NCBI GenBank assembly: GCA_963834385.1
Contig: CAWIBO010000003.1
Span: 32,001 to 96,000 of the forward strand
Reading direction: 5' to 3'
DNA from: an uncultured Verrucomicrobiae bacterium
GTDB lineage: Bacteria; Verrucomicrobiota; Verrucomicrobiia; Chthoniobacterales; UBA10450
DNA: 64,000 bases
Positions 40,688 to 49,502 of this stretch are shown one piece after another. The position numbers and the translations under genes were made by a program. How positions within the stretch are numbered: position 1 is the stretch's first letter; each line of letters begins with the position of its first letter. The notes under the pieces were generated by a model, which searched no databases, was not told the DNA's origin, and worked only from the letters and a program-made list of their open reading frames with translations.

Positions 40688-41839
40688 TCAGGCGCCGTTG
40701 CCGTTTTTCTTCGCTTTCGAACCGGGGTACGGCCGCAGTTCCGGACCGGCATAGAGCGAGCGAGGCCGGATCAACCGATTGTTATCGTGCTGTTCGACCA
40801 CGTGGGCGCACCAGCCGGCGATGCGGGAGGCGGCAAAGATCGGGGTGTTCAGGGCCGGGTCGAACCCGAACATGGTGAAGACCGGCGCGGCATAGAGATC
40901 GACGTTGGCGCAGAGCTGTTTCTCCTGCTCCATCGTCTGCTCGAGGTTCTCGCAGATCGGCACCCATTGTTCCTTGCCCACCCGTTTCCCGAGGTCGCGC
41001 GCGATCTCGCGCATGATCGGCACCCGCGAATCGCCTTTCTTGTAAACGCGATGGCCGAATCCCATGATCTTGGCCTTTTTCCCGAGCTGCTCCTTGAGCC
41101 AGCTCCCGGCGCGATCCGGCGACTTGATCTCGTCCAGCATCTTCATCGATTCCTCGTTGGCGCCGCCGTGCAGCGGGCCCTTGAGCGTCCCGCAGGCGCT
41201 GGTGACGGCGGCATACATGTCGGCCAGGGTGGAGGCGGTCACGCGCGCCGCGAAGGTCGAGGCATTGAATTCGTGGTCGGCATAAAGGATGAAAATCGTG
41301 TCCATCATCCGGATCTTCCAGTCCTCCGGCACTTCGCCGTCGAGTTTGTAGAAGAAGTTTCCGGCCAGGGTCAGGTCGGGCCGTTCCGGGAGGGGATCCT
41401 TGCCGTTCTGGATGCGGTAACCGTCGGCGATGAGGGTGCTCGTTTTGGCGATCAGGCGCATGGCCTTGCGCACGTTGGCCTCGTGCGAATGGTCGTTCAG
41501 ATCGGGGTCATGCGGTGCCAGCATGGAAACGCCCGTGCGCAGCATGTCCATCGGGTGCGTCTTCTTCGGCATCAGACGCAACGCTTCCAGCACTTCCTTC
41601 GGCACACTCCGCTGCTCCGCCATGTCGCGGGTAAAGGTGGCCAGCTGGCCGCTGTCGGGCAGCTCGCCTTTCAGGAGCAGGTAGGCGACCTCCTCAAAAC
41701 TGGCTTTCTCCGCCATCTCGTGGATGTCGTAACCGCGATACATCAGCCCGGCATTGGGATCGACCCAGCAGATCTTGGTTTCGCCTGCGATGACGCCGGC
41801 GAGGCCGGGACTGTAGGATGGTTTTTCGGTGGTGCTCAT
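40688..41839 (-). CDS. prpC: 2-methylcitrate synthase / citrate synthase
   Basis: GLAGVIAG, DHEFNASTF, KGPLHGGANE, MGFGHRVY, NVDLY; in an operon with prpB and prpD. Confidence 0.88.
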   Translation of the reverse strand: MSTTEKPSYSPGLAGVIAGETKICWVDPNAGLMYRGYDIHEMAEKASFEEVAYLLLKGELPDSGQLATFTRDMAEQRSVPKEVLEALRLMPKKTHPMDMLRTGVSMLAPHDPDLNDHSHEANVRKAMRLIAKTSTLIADGYRIQNGKDPLPERPDLTLAGNFFYKLDGEVPEDWKIRMMDTIFILYADHEFNASTFAARVTASTLADMYAAVTSACGTLKGPLHGGANEESMKMLDEIKSPDRAGSWLKEQLGKKAKIMGFGHRVYKKGDSRVPIMREIARDLGKRVGKEQWVPICENLEQTMEQEKQLCANVDLYAAPVFTMFGFDPALNTPIFAASRIAGWCAHVVEQHDNNRLIRPRSLYAGPELRPYPGSKAKKNGNGA

Positions 41840-41940
41840 GGATAACTTTCTCTTTCGGACGAAACCGGCCTCCCCGCGGGCCGGCATGGCGGCGGGTGTT
41901 TCGGCCAGGCTCAACATGACGAGCGCAGCCGGCTTCTCAA

Positions 41941-42780
41941 CTACTTTGCCGGATCGTAGTCCAAGAGCCGGTAAAGGTCCTGCCGGGTCTGCATCCGCTC
42001 CAGCCAGTCGGTCTGCCGGCCATGCTTGCGGAGATCGCGCAAAAAATTCTCCGTGGCGTGCATGGCCACACGCAGCGCGCTCTGCGGGAAGATGACCATG
42101 CGGTAACCGAGATCCTTCAGTTCCCCGAGGGAAAGCAGCGGGCTTTTGCCGAACTCGGTCATGTTGGCCAGGAGCGGCACCCGCACTTCCCGGGCGAAAT
42201 CGCGAAACTCCTCCGGGGACTGCAGCGCCTCCGGGAAAATGGCGTCCGCCCCGGCTTCCACATACTGTTGGGCCCGTTTAACCGCGCTGGCGAAATCTTC
42301 GACCCCGCGCGCGTCGGTCCGGGCGATGATGAGAAAATCGGGGTCGCGCCGGGCCGCGGCGGCCGCCCGCAGTTTGTCGCACATGTCCGCCGACTCAATC
42401 AGCGCCTTGCCCGCAAGATGGCCGCAGCGCTTCGGAAATTCCTGGTCTTCGAGGTGGCAGCCGGCCAGGCCGGCCCGCTCCAGTTCATCAATGGTGCGCG
42501 CCGCGTTCTCCGCCCCGCCGAAACCGGTGTCGGCGTCCACAATCGCCGGGATGGTCACGGCTTTGGCCGCGTAGCCCGCCAGCCGCGCCACCTCGGTCAG
42601 GGTGAGCAGGCCGATGTCGGGCACGCCGCCGGTGAAATTGGAGAGGCCGGCGCCGCTGATGTAAACCGCGTCGAACCCGGCCTGCTCCACCTGGCGGGCG
42701 AGCAGGGCATTGGGCACGCCCGGCATGGCCACGCAATCCTGCGCGATCAGTTCCCGGAGCCGGGCCGTTTTCGACTTCAT
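41941..42780 (-). CDS. prpB: Methylisocitrate lyase
   Basis: DADTGFG, EDQEFPKRCGHLAGK, ARTDA, LANMTEFGKSP. Confidence 0.93.
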   Translation of the reverse strand: MKSKTARLRELIAQDCVAMPGVPNALLARQVEQAGFDAVYISGAGLSNFTGGVPDIGLLTLTEVARLAGYAAKAVTIPAIVDADTGFGGAENAARTIDELERAGLAGCHLEDQEFPKRCGHLAGKALIESADMCDKLRAAAAARRDPDFLIIARTDARGVEDFASAVKRAQQYVEAGADAIFPEALQSPEEFRDFAREVRVPLLANMTEFGKSPLLSLGELKDLGYRMVIFPQSALRVAMHATENFLRDLRKHGRQTDWLERMQTRQDLYRLLDYDPAK

Positions 42781-42781
42781 C

Positions 42782-44179
42782 TTATTGCGCGGGCATGACG
42801 GCGAGCCGCATCAGCTCGTCGACCGATTTCTGTTTGTCGAGTTCCCAGGCATGCGTCATGAAAACGCGGCAGGAGGGCTCGCCGGCGAGCGGGCCGACCA
42901 GCTTGATGAACTTGGTTTCGAGCTGCTCGTCGCTCACCGGGTTCTTCGCGTTGCCGAGCGGATAATCGACCCGCTTGGAGAGGGTGCGCCCGTCCGCCAG
43001 GGTGATGTGGACGATGTTGGCGACGGCCTCGGCGTAAATCGCGCTCAGTTCATCGTTCCGGTCCACCTTCACGTTCTCGAGGAACTTGACGATTTTCGGT
43101 TCGGTGAAGCGGGCCGGCTCAAACTGCGCGTCGGTCACGTCGCCGTCGAAAAGCGCCACCGCCGTGATGTAAGGGAGGCTGTGGTCGGCCGTTTCCCGGT
43201 TCTGTGGCCGCCATTTTTCCGGTTCGCTTCCGATGATATCGACCGAGGCGTCGTGGCTTTCAATCCGCATCGATTTGACCTGGGAAAGGTCGCCGATCTG
43301 CGGCCGCAGGAAGAGGGCGGCCTCGATGGCGCTCTGGCTGTGGTACTCGGCCGGCCAGTATTTGATGCTGGTCTTGAGGATCATGGAGGCGGGACCTTTG
43401 CCCGGGACGGCTTCCGCCTTGACGTCGAAGACGCTGGCGACGTCGCCCAGCGAGACGCCGAGCTGTTTTTCAAAACCCATCTGGCCCTCGAAAATCGGGG
43501 CGGGCCCGGTCATGCCGGCGCGGGCCAGGAGGGCGGAGTAGACACCGTGCCGCGCGGCGTTGGCGAAGGCGACGCCTTTCCAGTGCGAAAGCTCACCCAC
43601 GCGCGACTGCCGCATCCCCATCCCGGCCACACCGGCGATGTTGACCGCGTGCCGCGTCTTTTCGGAATCGAGTTTCATCAATTTGGCCGCGGCCAGCGCG
43701 GTCGAGAAGGCGCCATAGGTGGGATGGTCCCAGCCGCGGGCGCGAATGCTGGCGGCATCGCAGAGACGGCATTGCACCTCGTAGGCGAGGGCGGCCGCCG
43801 CGATCACTTCCTGGCCGGTCGCGCCCACGCTTTCGGCCACGGCCAGGACCGCGGCGAGGTTGTCGCTGGGATGAGCCGGTTCCTTCGAGAGATAGGTGTC
43901 GTTGTAATCAAAATAGCGAATCCCGCAGCCGGAAGCGAAAGCGGCCCAGTCCGCCGGGGCCTTGTGCTTGGTGCCGATGATGGTGCCGCCCTCCTTGGCG
44001 GAGAAATCGAAGGCGACCTTGCGCGCGATCTGGAACGGTTCCTCGTTCCAGGCCCCAAGGGCGCAGCCGAAGGAATCGATCACCCGGCGTTTTACCTCGT
44101 GCACGACGTCGGGCGATAGATCTTCAAAGCGCAGGGCGCAGGCGTAATCGGCAAGCTGATGGGCGAGTGTGGTGGTCAT
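42782..44179 (-). CDS. prpD: 2-methylcitrate dehydratase (MmgE/PrpD)
   Basis: RYFDYNDTY...AHPSDN, GWDH, LSHWKG, RETADHSLPY. Confidence 0.92.
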   Translation of the reverse strand: MTTTLAHQLADYACALRFEDLSPDVVHEVKRRVIDSFGCALGAWNEEPFQIARKVAFDFSAKEGGTIIGTKHKAPADWAAFASGCGIRYFDYNDTYLSKEPAHPSDNLAAVLAVAESVGATGQEVIAAAALAYEVQCRLCDAASIRARGWDHPTYGAFSTALAAAKLMKLDSEKTRHAVNIAGVAGMGMRQSRVGELSHWKGVAFANAARHGVYSALLARAGMTGPAPIFEGQMGFEKQLGVSLGDVASVFDVKAEAVPGKGPASMILKTSIKYWPAEYHSQSAIEAALFLRPQIGDLSQVKSMRIESHDASVDIIGSEPEKWRPQNRETADHSLPYITAVALFDGDVTDAQFEPARFTEPKIVKFLENVKVDRNDELSAIYAEAVANIVHITLADGRTLSKRVDYPLGNAKNPVSDEQLETKFIKLVGPLAGEPSCRVFMTHAWELDKQKSVDELMRLAVMPAQ

Positions 44180-44236
44180 GATAAAGGGAAGCCTGCAATC
44201 TGGCGGGGAAAGCGCCGCGGGCAAGGGGGAGAGGGG

Positions 44237-44292
44237 AGCGGTGGATGGTGAGTGGTGAATGGTGAATGGTGAATGGTGAATGGTGAATGGTG
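44237..44292. repeat. Heptamer tandem array (AATGGTG)
   Basis: Five perfect AATGGTG units (44258-44292) preceded by three degenerate in-phase units. Confidence 0.92.
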
Positions 44293-44329
44293 CGTGACCG
44301 GGGGAAGCCGGGCTGGCACGATGCGCCGC

Positions 44330-46000
44330 ATGCGATTGCTTGGTGCGTTTTTTCTATTTGCTGCGGTGACGGTGTTTGGCCAGGGCGAATCCTACGATGT
44401 GATCATCCGGGGCGGGACTGTCTTTGATGGGACCGGGTCCGCCGGGAGACGGGCGGACGTGGCCATCCGGGGCGACCAGATCGCCGGGATCGGCGATTTC
44501 GCGGACGCGAAGGCGAAGAAGGTGATCGACGCCGCGGGCCTCGCGGTGGCTCCCGGTTTCATCAACATGCTTTCGTGGTCGACCGAGTCGCTCCTGGAGG
44601 ATGGCCGTTCCCAGAGCGAGCTGCGTCAGGGCGTGACCACCCAGATCATGGGCGAAGGTTGGTCGATGGGGCCGTTGAACGAGCGGATGAAGAAGCGGAT
44701 GCTCGACGAACAGAAAGACATTCGGTTCGAGATTGAGTGGACCACCCTGGCGGAATATTTGCGGCACCTCGAGAAGCGGGGCGTCTCCTGCAACGTGGCT
44801 TCGTTCCTCGGCGCCACCACCGTGCGCGAACATGTCATCGGCCTCGATAACAAGCCGCCCACGCCGGCGCAGCTCGAGCAGATGCGCGGCCTGGTCGAGC
44901 AGTCCATGCGCGAGGGCGCGCTCGGGATCGGTTCCTCCCTTATTTATCCGCCCGCCTTTTACGCCAGCACGGAGGAGCTGATCGAGCTTTGCAAGGTGGC
45001 GGCCAGATTCCAGGGCAAATACATCTCCCACCTGCGCAGCGAAGGGAACAAGTTGCTCGAGGCTTTCGAGGAATTGAAACGAATCAGCCGCGAAGCCGGC
45101 ATCCCGGCCGAGCTTTATCATATCAAGGCGGCCGGGAAAGAGAACTGGCCGAAGATGGACGAGTTGCTTCGGCGGATCGAGGCGGCCCAGCAGGAAGGGC
45201 TCAAGATTACCGCGAACATGTACGCCTACCCCGCCGCCGGCACCGGGCTCGATGCTTCCCTCCCGCCCTGGACCGGCGCCGGCGGTTACCCTGAGCTGTT
45301 CAAACGGCTGCGCGATCCGGCCACGCGCAAAAAGATCGCGGAGGAGGTGATGACGCCTTCGCAGGAATGGGAGAACTTTTATCTCGCGGCCGGTTCCCCG
45401 GAGCGGATCATCCCGGTCGGGTTCAAATCGGAGAAACTGAAACCGCTTACCGGGAAAACGCTGGCGGAAATCGCGAAAATGCGCGGGAAAGACCCGGTGG
45501 AGACGCTGATGGACCTGATCGCCGAGGACGAGTCGCGCATCGACACCATTTATTTTCTGATGTCGGAAGAGAACCTGACCAAACAGCTCGCGAAACCGTG
45601 GATCACCTTCGGATCGGACGAGGCGTCCCAGGCCCCGGAAGGCAACTTTCTCAAGAGCAACCCGCATCCGCGCGCTTACGGCAATTTCGCGCGGGTCCTG
45701 GGCAAGTATGTGCGGGAAGAGAAAGCGCTCACGTTGGCCGATGCCATTCATCGCCTGAGCGGCCTGCCCGCGGAACGGCTTGGGCTCGACCGGCGCGGTT
45801 TGCTCAAGGAAGGAAATTTTGCCGATGTGGCGGTGTTCGATCCCGCGACGATCCGCGACCACGCGACGGTCGATAAACCGCACCAGTACGCGACGGGCGT
45901 GAAACACGTCTTCGTCAACGGTGTACAAGTGCTGAAGGACGGCGAGCACACCGGCGCGAAGCCCGGCCGCGCCCTGTGGGGCCCGGGCCGGCGCGAATAA
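44330..46000 (+). CDS. N-acyl-D-amino-acid deacylase family amidohydrolase, secreted
   Basis: Signal peptide; IRGGTVFDGTG, VAPGFIN, SHLRSE, HPRAYGNFARVL, ADVAVFDP. Confidence 0.9.
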   Translation: MRLLGAFFLFAAVTVFGQGESYDVIIRGGTVFDGTGSAGRRADVAIRGDQIAGIGDFADAKAKKVIDAAGLAVAPGFINMLSWSTESLLEDGRSQSELRQGVTTQIMGEGWSMGPLNERMKKRMLDEQKDIRFEIEWTTLAEYLRHLEKRGVSCNVASFLGATTVREHVIGLDNKPPTPAQLEQMRGLVEQSMREGALGIGSSLIYPPAFYASTEELIELCKVAARFQGKYISHLRSEGNKLLEAFEELKRISREAGIPAELYHIKAAGKENWPKMDELLRRIEAAQQEGLKITANMYAYPAAGTGLDASLPPWTGAGGYPELFKRLRDPATRKKIAEEVMTPSQEWENFYLAAGSPERIIPVGFKSEKLKPLTGKTLAEIAKMRGKDPVETLMDLIAEDESRIDTIYFLMSEENLTKQLAKPWITFGSDEASQAPEGNFLKSNPHPRAYGNFARVLGKYVREEKALTLADAIHRLSGLPAERLGLDRRGLLKEGNFADVAVFDPATIRDHATVDKPHQYATGVKHVFVNGVQVLKDGEHTGAKPGRALWGPGRRE

Positions 46001-46012
46001 AGCGAATCCCGG

Positions 46013-46057
46013 GTAGGGTGGGCGTCCCGCCCGCCGGTTTCGGCGTCTCGCCGAAAC
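46013..46057. repeat. GTAG-type REP (second family) with adjacent hairpin
   Basis: GTAG-GGTGGGCG-TCC-CGCCCGCC, then GTTTCGGCG-TCT-CGCCGAAAC. Confidence 0.7.
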
Positions 46058-46101
46058 AATCTTTTCCGCCGCGACCCCGCCGAGTGGCAGAGTCAAAGTT
46101 C

Positions 46102-46180
46102 GTCCACAGATTTCGCAGATTTACGCAGATTTCTGTCGGGCTCTTCAAATCTGTGAAAATGGCTCCGGTAATCTGTGGAC
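46102..46180. repeat. Palindromic element of about 9-bp CRCAGATTT units
   Basis: GTCCACAGATTT CGCAGATTT ACGCAGATTT...AAATCTGTG...AATCTGTGGAC; perfect 11-bp terminal inverted repeat. Confidence 0.75.
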
Positions 46181-46415
46181 CGGTCCTCTATTTCCCAGAT
46201 CGGCATTCGGCGTTCGAAAATTAGAAATCTGTCGTGAACGCGCACCTCAACCGATCATGAAGGATGTTGTTGTGGCGGCTCTGGAGTGTAGCCTTCTCAT
46301 TGTCCCACCCATCGTCGGCGCCATGCGTCCCAAAGCTCATCCCTTTCCGAAGCGAGCAAGGTGGCTTTGTTGCGGCGCGTCGTAGTTTCTCCTTAGTCCC
46401 CAATCCTCCCTGACC

Positions 46416-47543
46416 ATGCGTTCAAAGACTCACTTCTTCCCGAAACGAACTGTGGCTTTCTGCGCCGTGGCCGCGGCGATCTGGCTGTGGCCGGTCGCGC
46501 CGGCCTTTGCGCGGTCCGGGGTTGAGGAGATCGGCTCGCTCCGGAATGCCAAGATCGCTCTCCCGGTTCCGGACAAGAAGACCGAGCTGACCTACTTCGC
46601 GGACTCCTTTTCGAAAGAAGAACTGGCGGAACTGGCGAAGCTCGCGCCCAACCTGCGCATCGTCACCGGGCTGAGCCCGGCGGAGGCGCTGGCGCGCGCA
46701 GAGGAGGCGCACGGTGTGGAAGCGGGCTACGCCACGCGCGAGTTTCTGGCGAAGGCGAAGAACCTGGTCTGGGTGCAGGCGATGAGCGCCGGGGTGGACA
46801 GGCTGACCGCACTGGAGCCGCTGGTGAAGAACGAACGCATCGTGCTGACGAATCATCGGGGCGTGCACGGCCCGGCGATCGCGGATCACGCCATGGCGCT
46901 GCTGCTTGTGCTCACGCGCGATTTGCGGTTTTACGAGGCGAACCAGGCGAAGAAAGTGTGGGACCGCGGGGATCCGGAGCTTGCCCCCATCGCCCTGGAT
47001 GGACGCACCATGCTCGTCGTGGGCCTGGGCGGGATCGGGAGCGAGATCGCGCGCCGCGGGAAAGCGTTCGGCATGACGGTATGGGCCACGCGCCGGAGCG
47101 AGGCGCCGAAGCCGGACTTTGTGGATCGGGTGGAGCTTTCCCCGGCGCTGTTTTCCATGCTGCCGCAGGCGGATGTGGTGGTGATCGCCGCGCCCCTCAC
47201 GCCGGAAACGCGGGGAATGTTTAACAAGGAAGCGTTCGCGGCGATGAAGAAAGGCGCGTTTCTGGTGAACATCGCGCGCGGGGCCATCGTGGTGCAGGAG
47301 GAACTCATCGCCGCGCTGCAAAGCGGCAAGCTGGCCGGCGCGTGCCTGGATGTGACCGACCCCGAACCGCTGCCCGCCAGCAGCCCGCTCTGGGGCATGC
47401 GCAATGTGGTGATCACGCCGCACGTGGCGGCGCAGGCGGAGGTGACAGAGACACGGCGCTGGGCGCTCTTGCGGGAGAACCTGCGCCGGTTCGCCGCGGG
47501 CGAGCCGCTCTATAACGTGGTGGATAAGCAGGCCGGTTATTAG
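46416..47543 (+). CDS. D-2-hydroxyacid dehydrogenase family protein with N-terminal signal-like peptide
   Basis: SAGVD, GLGGIG, NIARG, LDVTDPEPLP, TPHVA. Confidence 0.9.
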   Translation: MRSKTHFFPKRTVAFCAVAAAIWLWPVAPAFARSGVEEIGSLRNAKIALPVPDKKTELTYFADSFSKEELAELAKLAPNLRIVTGLSPAEALARAEEAHGVEAGYATREFLAKAKNLVWVQAMSAGVDRLTALEPLVKNERIVLTNHRGVHGPAIADHAMALLLVLTRDLRFYEANQAKKVWDRGDPELAPIALDGRTMLVVGLGGIGSEIARRGKAFGMTVWATRRSEAPKPDFVDRVELSPALFSMLPQADVVVIAAPLTPETRGMFNKEAFAAMKKGAFLVNIARGAIVVQEELIAALQSGKLAGACLDVTDPEPLPASSPLWGMRNVVITPHVAAQAEVTETRRWALLRENLRRFAAGEPLYNVVDKQAGY

Positions 47544-47573
47544 GGCCGCGCAACACAGGACCGCTGCGCGGTC

Positions 47574-47713
47574 AGCGTGAATCGTAAATCGTAAATTGTG
47601 AATCGTGGCTGTGACGTGAACACGGTCTCTCCTGCTCTCCCGGGAAGTAGGCGCCGCGTGGCTGCGTGGCTTCCGGAGATTTCATCTGTGTCGATCTGGG
47701 AATCTGTGGTTAA
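47574..47713. repeat. Mosaic of heptamer (AATCGTR) and about 9-bp (ATCTGTG) repeat fragments
   Basis: AATCGTA AATCGTA AATTGTG AATCGTG at 47580-47607; ATCTGTG TCG ATCTGGG AATCTGTGGTT at 47684-47711. Confidence 0.7.
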
Positions 47714-47724
47714 AGTCCTTCTCA

Positions 47725-49080
47725 ATGAGCAAGGTTTATTCTGATGCCACGGCCGCGCTCGACGGCCTTCTGCACGACAACATGACGATCGCCGCGGGCG
47801 GGTTTGGCCTCTGCGGGATCCCGGAAAACCTGATTGCCGCGTTGCGCGACAGCGGGGCCAAGGGGTTGACCATCGTCGGCAACAACGCCGGCGTGGATGG
47901 TTTCGGCATGGGCGTGCTCCTGAACACGCGCCAGGTGAAAAAGGTGATGGCCTCCTACGTGGGCGAAAACAAGGAGTTCGAGCGCCAGGTGCTCGCGGGC
48001 GAGCTGGAACTCGAGCTGATTCCGCAGGGGACGCTGGCGGAACGGTTGCGCGCCGGCGGCGCCGGCATCCCGGGCTTTTACACCCGGACCGGTTTTGGCA
48101 CCAAGCTGACCGAGGGAAAGGAAACGAAAAAGTTCGGCGACCAGGATTATGTGCTCGAACCGGGGATCAAGGCGGATGTCTCGCTGGTGAAAGCGTGGAA
48201 AGGCGACAAGTCGGGCAACCTGATCTTCCGCAAAACTTCCCGGAACTTTAATCCGATGATCGCAAGCTGCGGGAAGGTTTGCGTGGCCGAGGTGGAGGAA
48301 TTGGTCGAAGTCGGCGAACTCGATCCGGACCAGGTTCATACCCCGGGCATTTTCGTGGACCGGATCATGCAGGGGGCAAAGTACGAGAAGCGGATCGAGT
48401 TCCGCACCGTGCAGGGGAGCGGCGGCGCACAGAAGGAGAACCCGATGCGCGAGCTGCTGGCGAAACGAGCCGCCCAGGAGTTGCGCGAAGGGTTTTACGT
48501 CAACCTTGGCATCGGCATCCCGACCCTGGTGGCGAATTATATTCCGGAGGGGATGAACGTGACCCTGCAATCCGAGAACGGTTTGCTCGGGATCGGGCCG
48601 TTCCCGACGGAGGAAGAGGTCGACCCCGACCTGATCAATGCCGGGAAGCAGACAATCACGACCCGGCCCGGCTCGGCCTTTTTCTCGAGCGCGGATTCGT
48701 TTGCCATGATCCGGGGCGGCCACATTGACCTGGCCATCCTGGGCGCGTTCGAAGTGACGGACCGCGGCGACATCGCGAACTGGATGATCCCGGGAAAGAT
48801 GGTGAAAGGGCCAGGCGGCGCGATGGATCTCGTCGCCGGGGTGCAACGCGTGGTGGCGGTGATGGAACACACTTCGAAGGACGGCAGCCCGAAGATCTTG
48901 AAAGAGTGCACCCTGCCGATCACCGGCCTGGGCGTGGTCGATTTGATCATCACCGAGCTGGCGGTGTTTGAGGTGAAGGAGGGAGGCGGACTGGTCTTGA
49001 TCGAGCTGCAACCGGGCGCGGAGCTGGAGGAGGTGAAGGCGAAAACGGGGGCGGGGTTTGAAGTAAGAATTAAGAAGTAA
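47725..49080 (+). CDS. Succinyl-CoA:3-oxoacid CoA-transferase with A and B subunits fused
   Basis: [26 protein letters not shown] (A part); YVNLGIGIP, catalytic [13 protein letters not shown] (B part) in one ORF. Confidence 0.93.
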   Translation: MSKVYSDATAALDGLLHDNMTIAAGGFGLCGIPENLIAALRDSGAKGLTIVGNNAGVDGFGMGVLLNTRQVKKVMASYVGENKEFERQVLAGELELELIPQGTLAERLRAGGAGIPGFYTRTGFGTKLTEGKETKKFGDQDYVLEPGIKADVSLVKAWKGDKSGNLIFRKTSRNFNPMIASCGKVCVAEVEELVEVGELDPDQVHTPGIFVDRIMQGAKYEKRIEFRTVQGSGGAQKENPMRELLAKRAAQELREGFYVNLGIGIPTLVANYIPEGMNVTLQSENGLLGIGPFPTEEEVDPDLINAGKQTITTRPGSAFFSSADSFAMIRGGHIDLAILGAFEVTDRGDIANWMIPGKMVKGPGGAMDLVAGVQRVVAVMEHTSKDGSPKILKECTLPITGLGVVDLIITELAVFEVKEGGGLVLIELQPGAELEEVKAKTGAGFEVRIKK

Positions 49081-49116
49081 GAGTTAAGAACTAAGAAGTA
49101 AGAAGGCAGAATGCAG
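49061..49116 (+). repeat. Heptamer array AAGNNAG (8 units) upstream of the four-helix-bundle gene
   Basis: aagtaag aattaag aagtaag agttaag aactaag aagtaag aaggcag aatgcag. Confidence 0.9.
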
Positions 49117-49458
49117 AAGAATGACTTGCGCGAACGCACCAAGGCTTTCGCGTTGCGAATCATTCGCTTGTCCGAATCCTTGCCCAGATCGAGCGAGGCG
49201 CAGGTTCTTGTCCGGCAGATATTGCGTTCCGGCACTTCGATCGGAGCGAATTACCGCGAAGCGTCCCGCGCCCGCAGCAAAGCTGAGTTCATCTCAAAAT
49301 GCGGCGAGTGTCTCCGCGAAGTGGACGAAACAGCTTATTGGCTGGAACTCCTGGCGGAATCGGGGTTGGCGCCCGCCAGAAAACTGCAGCCGCTGCGCGC
49401 GGAATGTGACGAGATAACCGCAATTTTCGTCACGATCGTAAAGCGGGCCAAGGGCTGA
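49111..49458 (+). CDS. Four-helix-bundle protein (23S rRNA-IVP / Avd-like family)
   Basis: DLRERTKAFALRII, QILRSGTSIGANYREA, SKAEFISK, ETAYWLELL. Confidence 0.92.
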   Translation: MQKNDLRERTKAFALRIIRLSESLPRSSEAQVLVRQILRSGTSIGANYREASRARSKAEFISKCGECLREVDETAYWLELLAESGLAPARKLQPLRAECDEITAIFVTIVKRAKG

Positions 49459-49462
49459 TCTT

Positions 49463-49497
49463 TTTCCTTCAGCCTTCTCACTTCTTCCTTCTTACTT
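49463..49497 (-). repeat. Inverted heptamer array AAGNNAG (4-5 units) downstream of the four-helix-bundle gene
   Basis: Minus strand reads aagtaag aaggaag aagtgag aaggctg aaggaaa. Confidence 0.82.
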
Positions 49498-49502
49498 TCC
49501 CC

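Noticed and set aside
46221..46403. 60-aa minus-strand ORF or ncRNA in a lower-GC intergenic stretch
   Set aside because: No motif, atypical codon use and no convincing structure
49111..49458. Avd-like gene as part of a diversity-generating retroelement
   Set aside because: No reverse transcriptase and no template/variable repeat pair in the window
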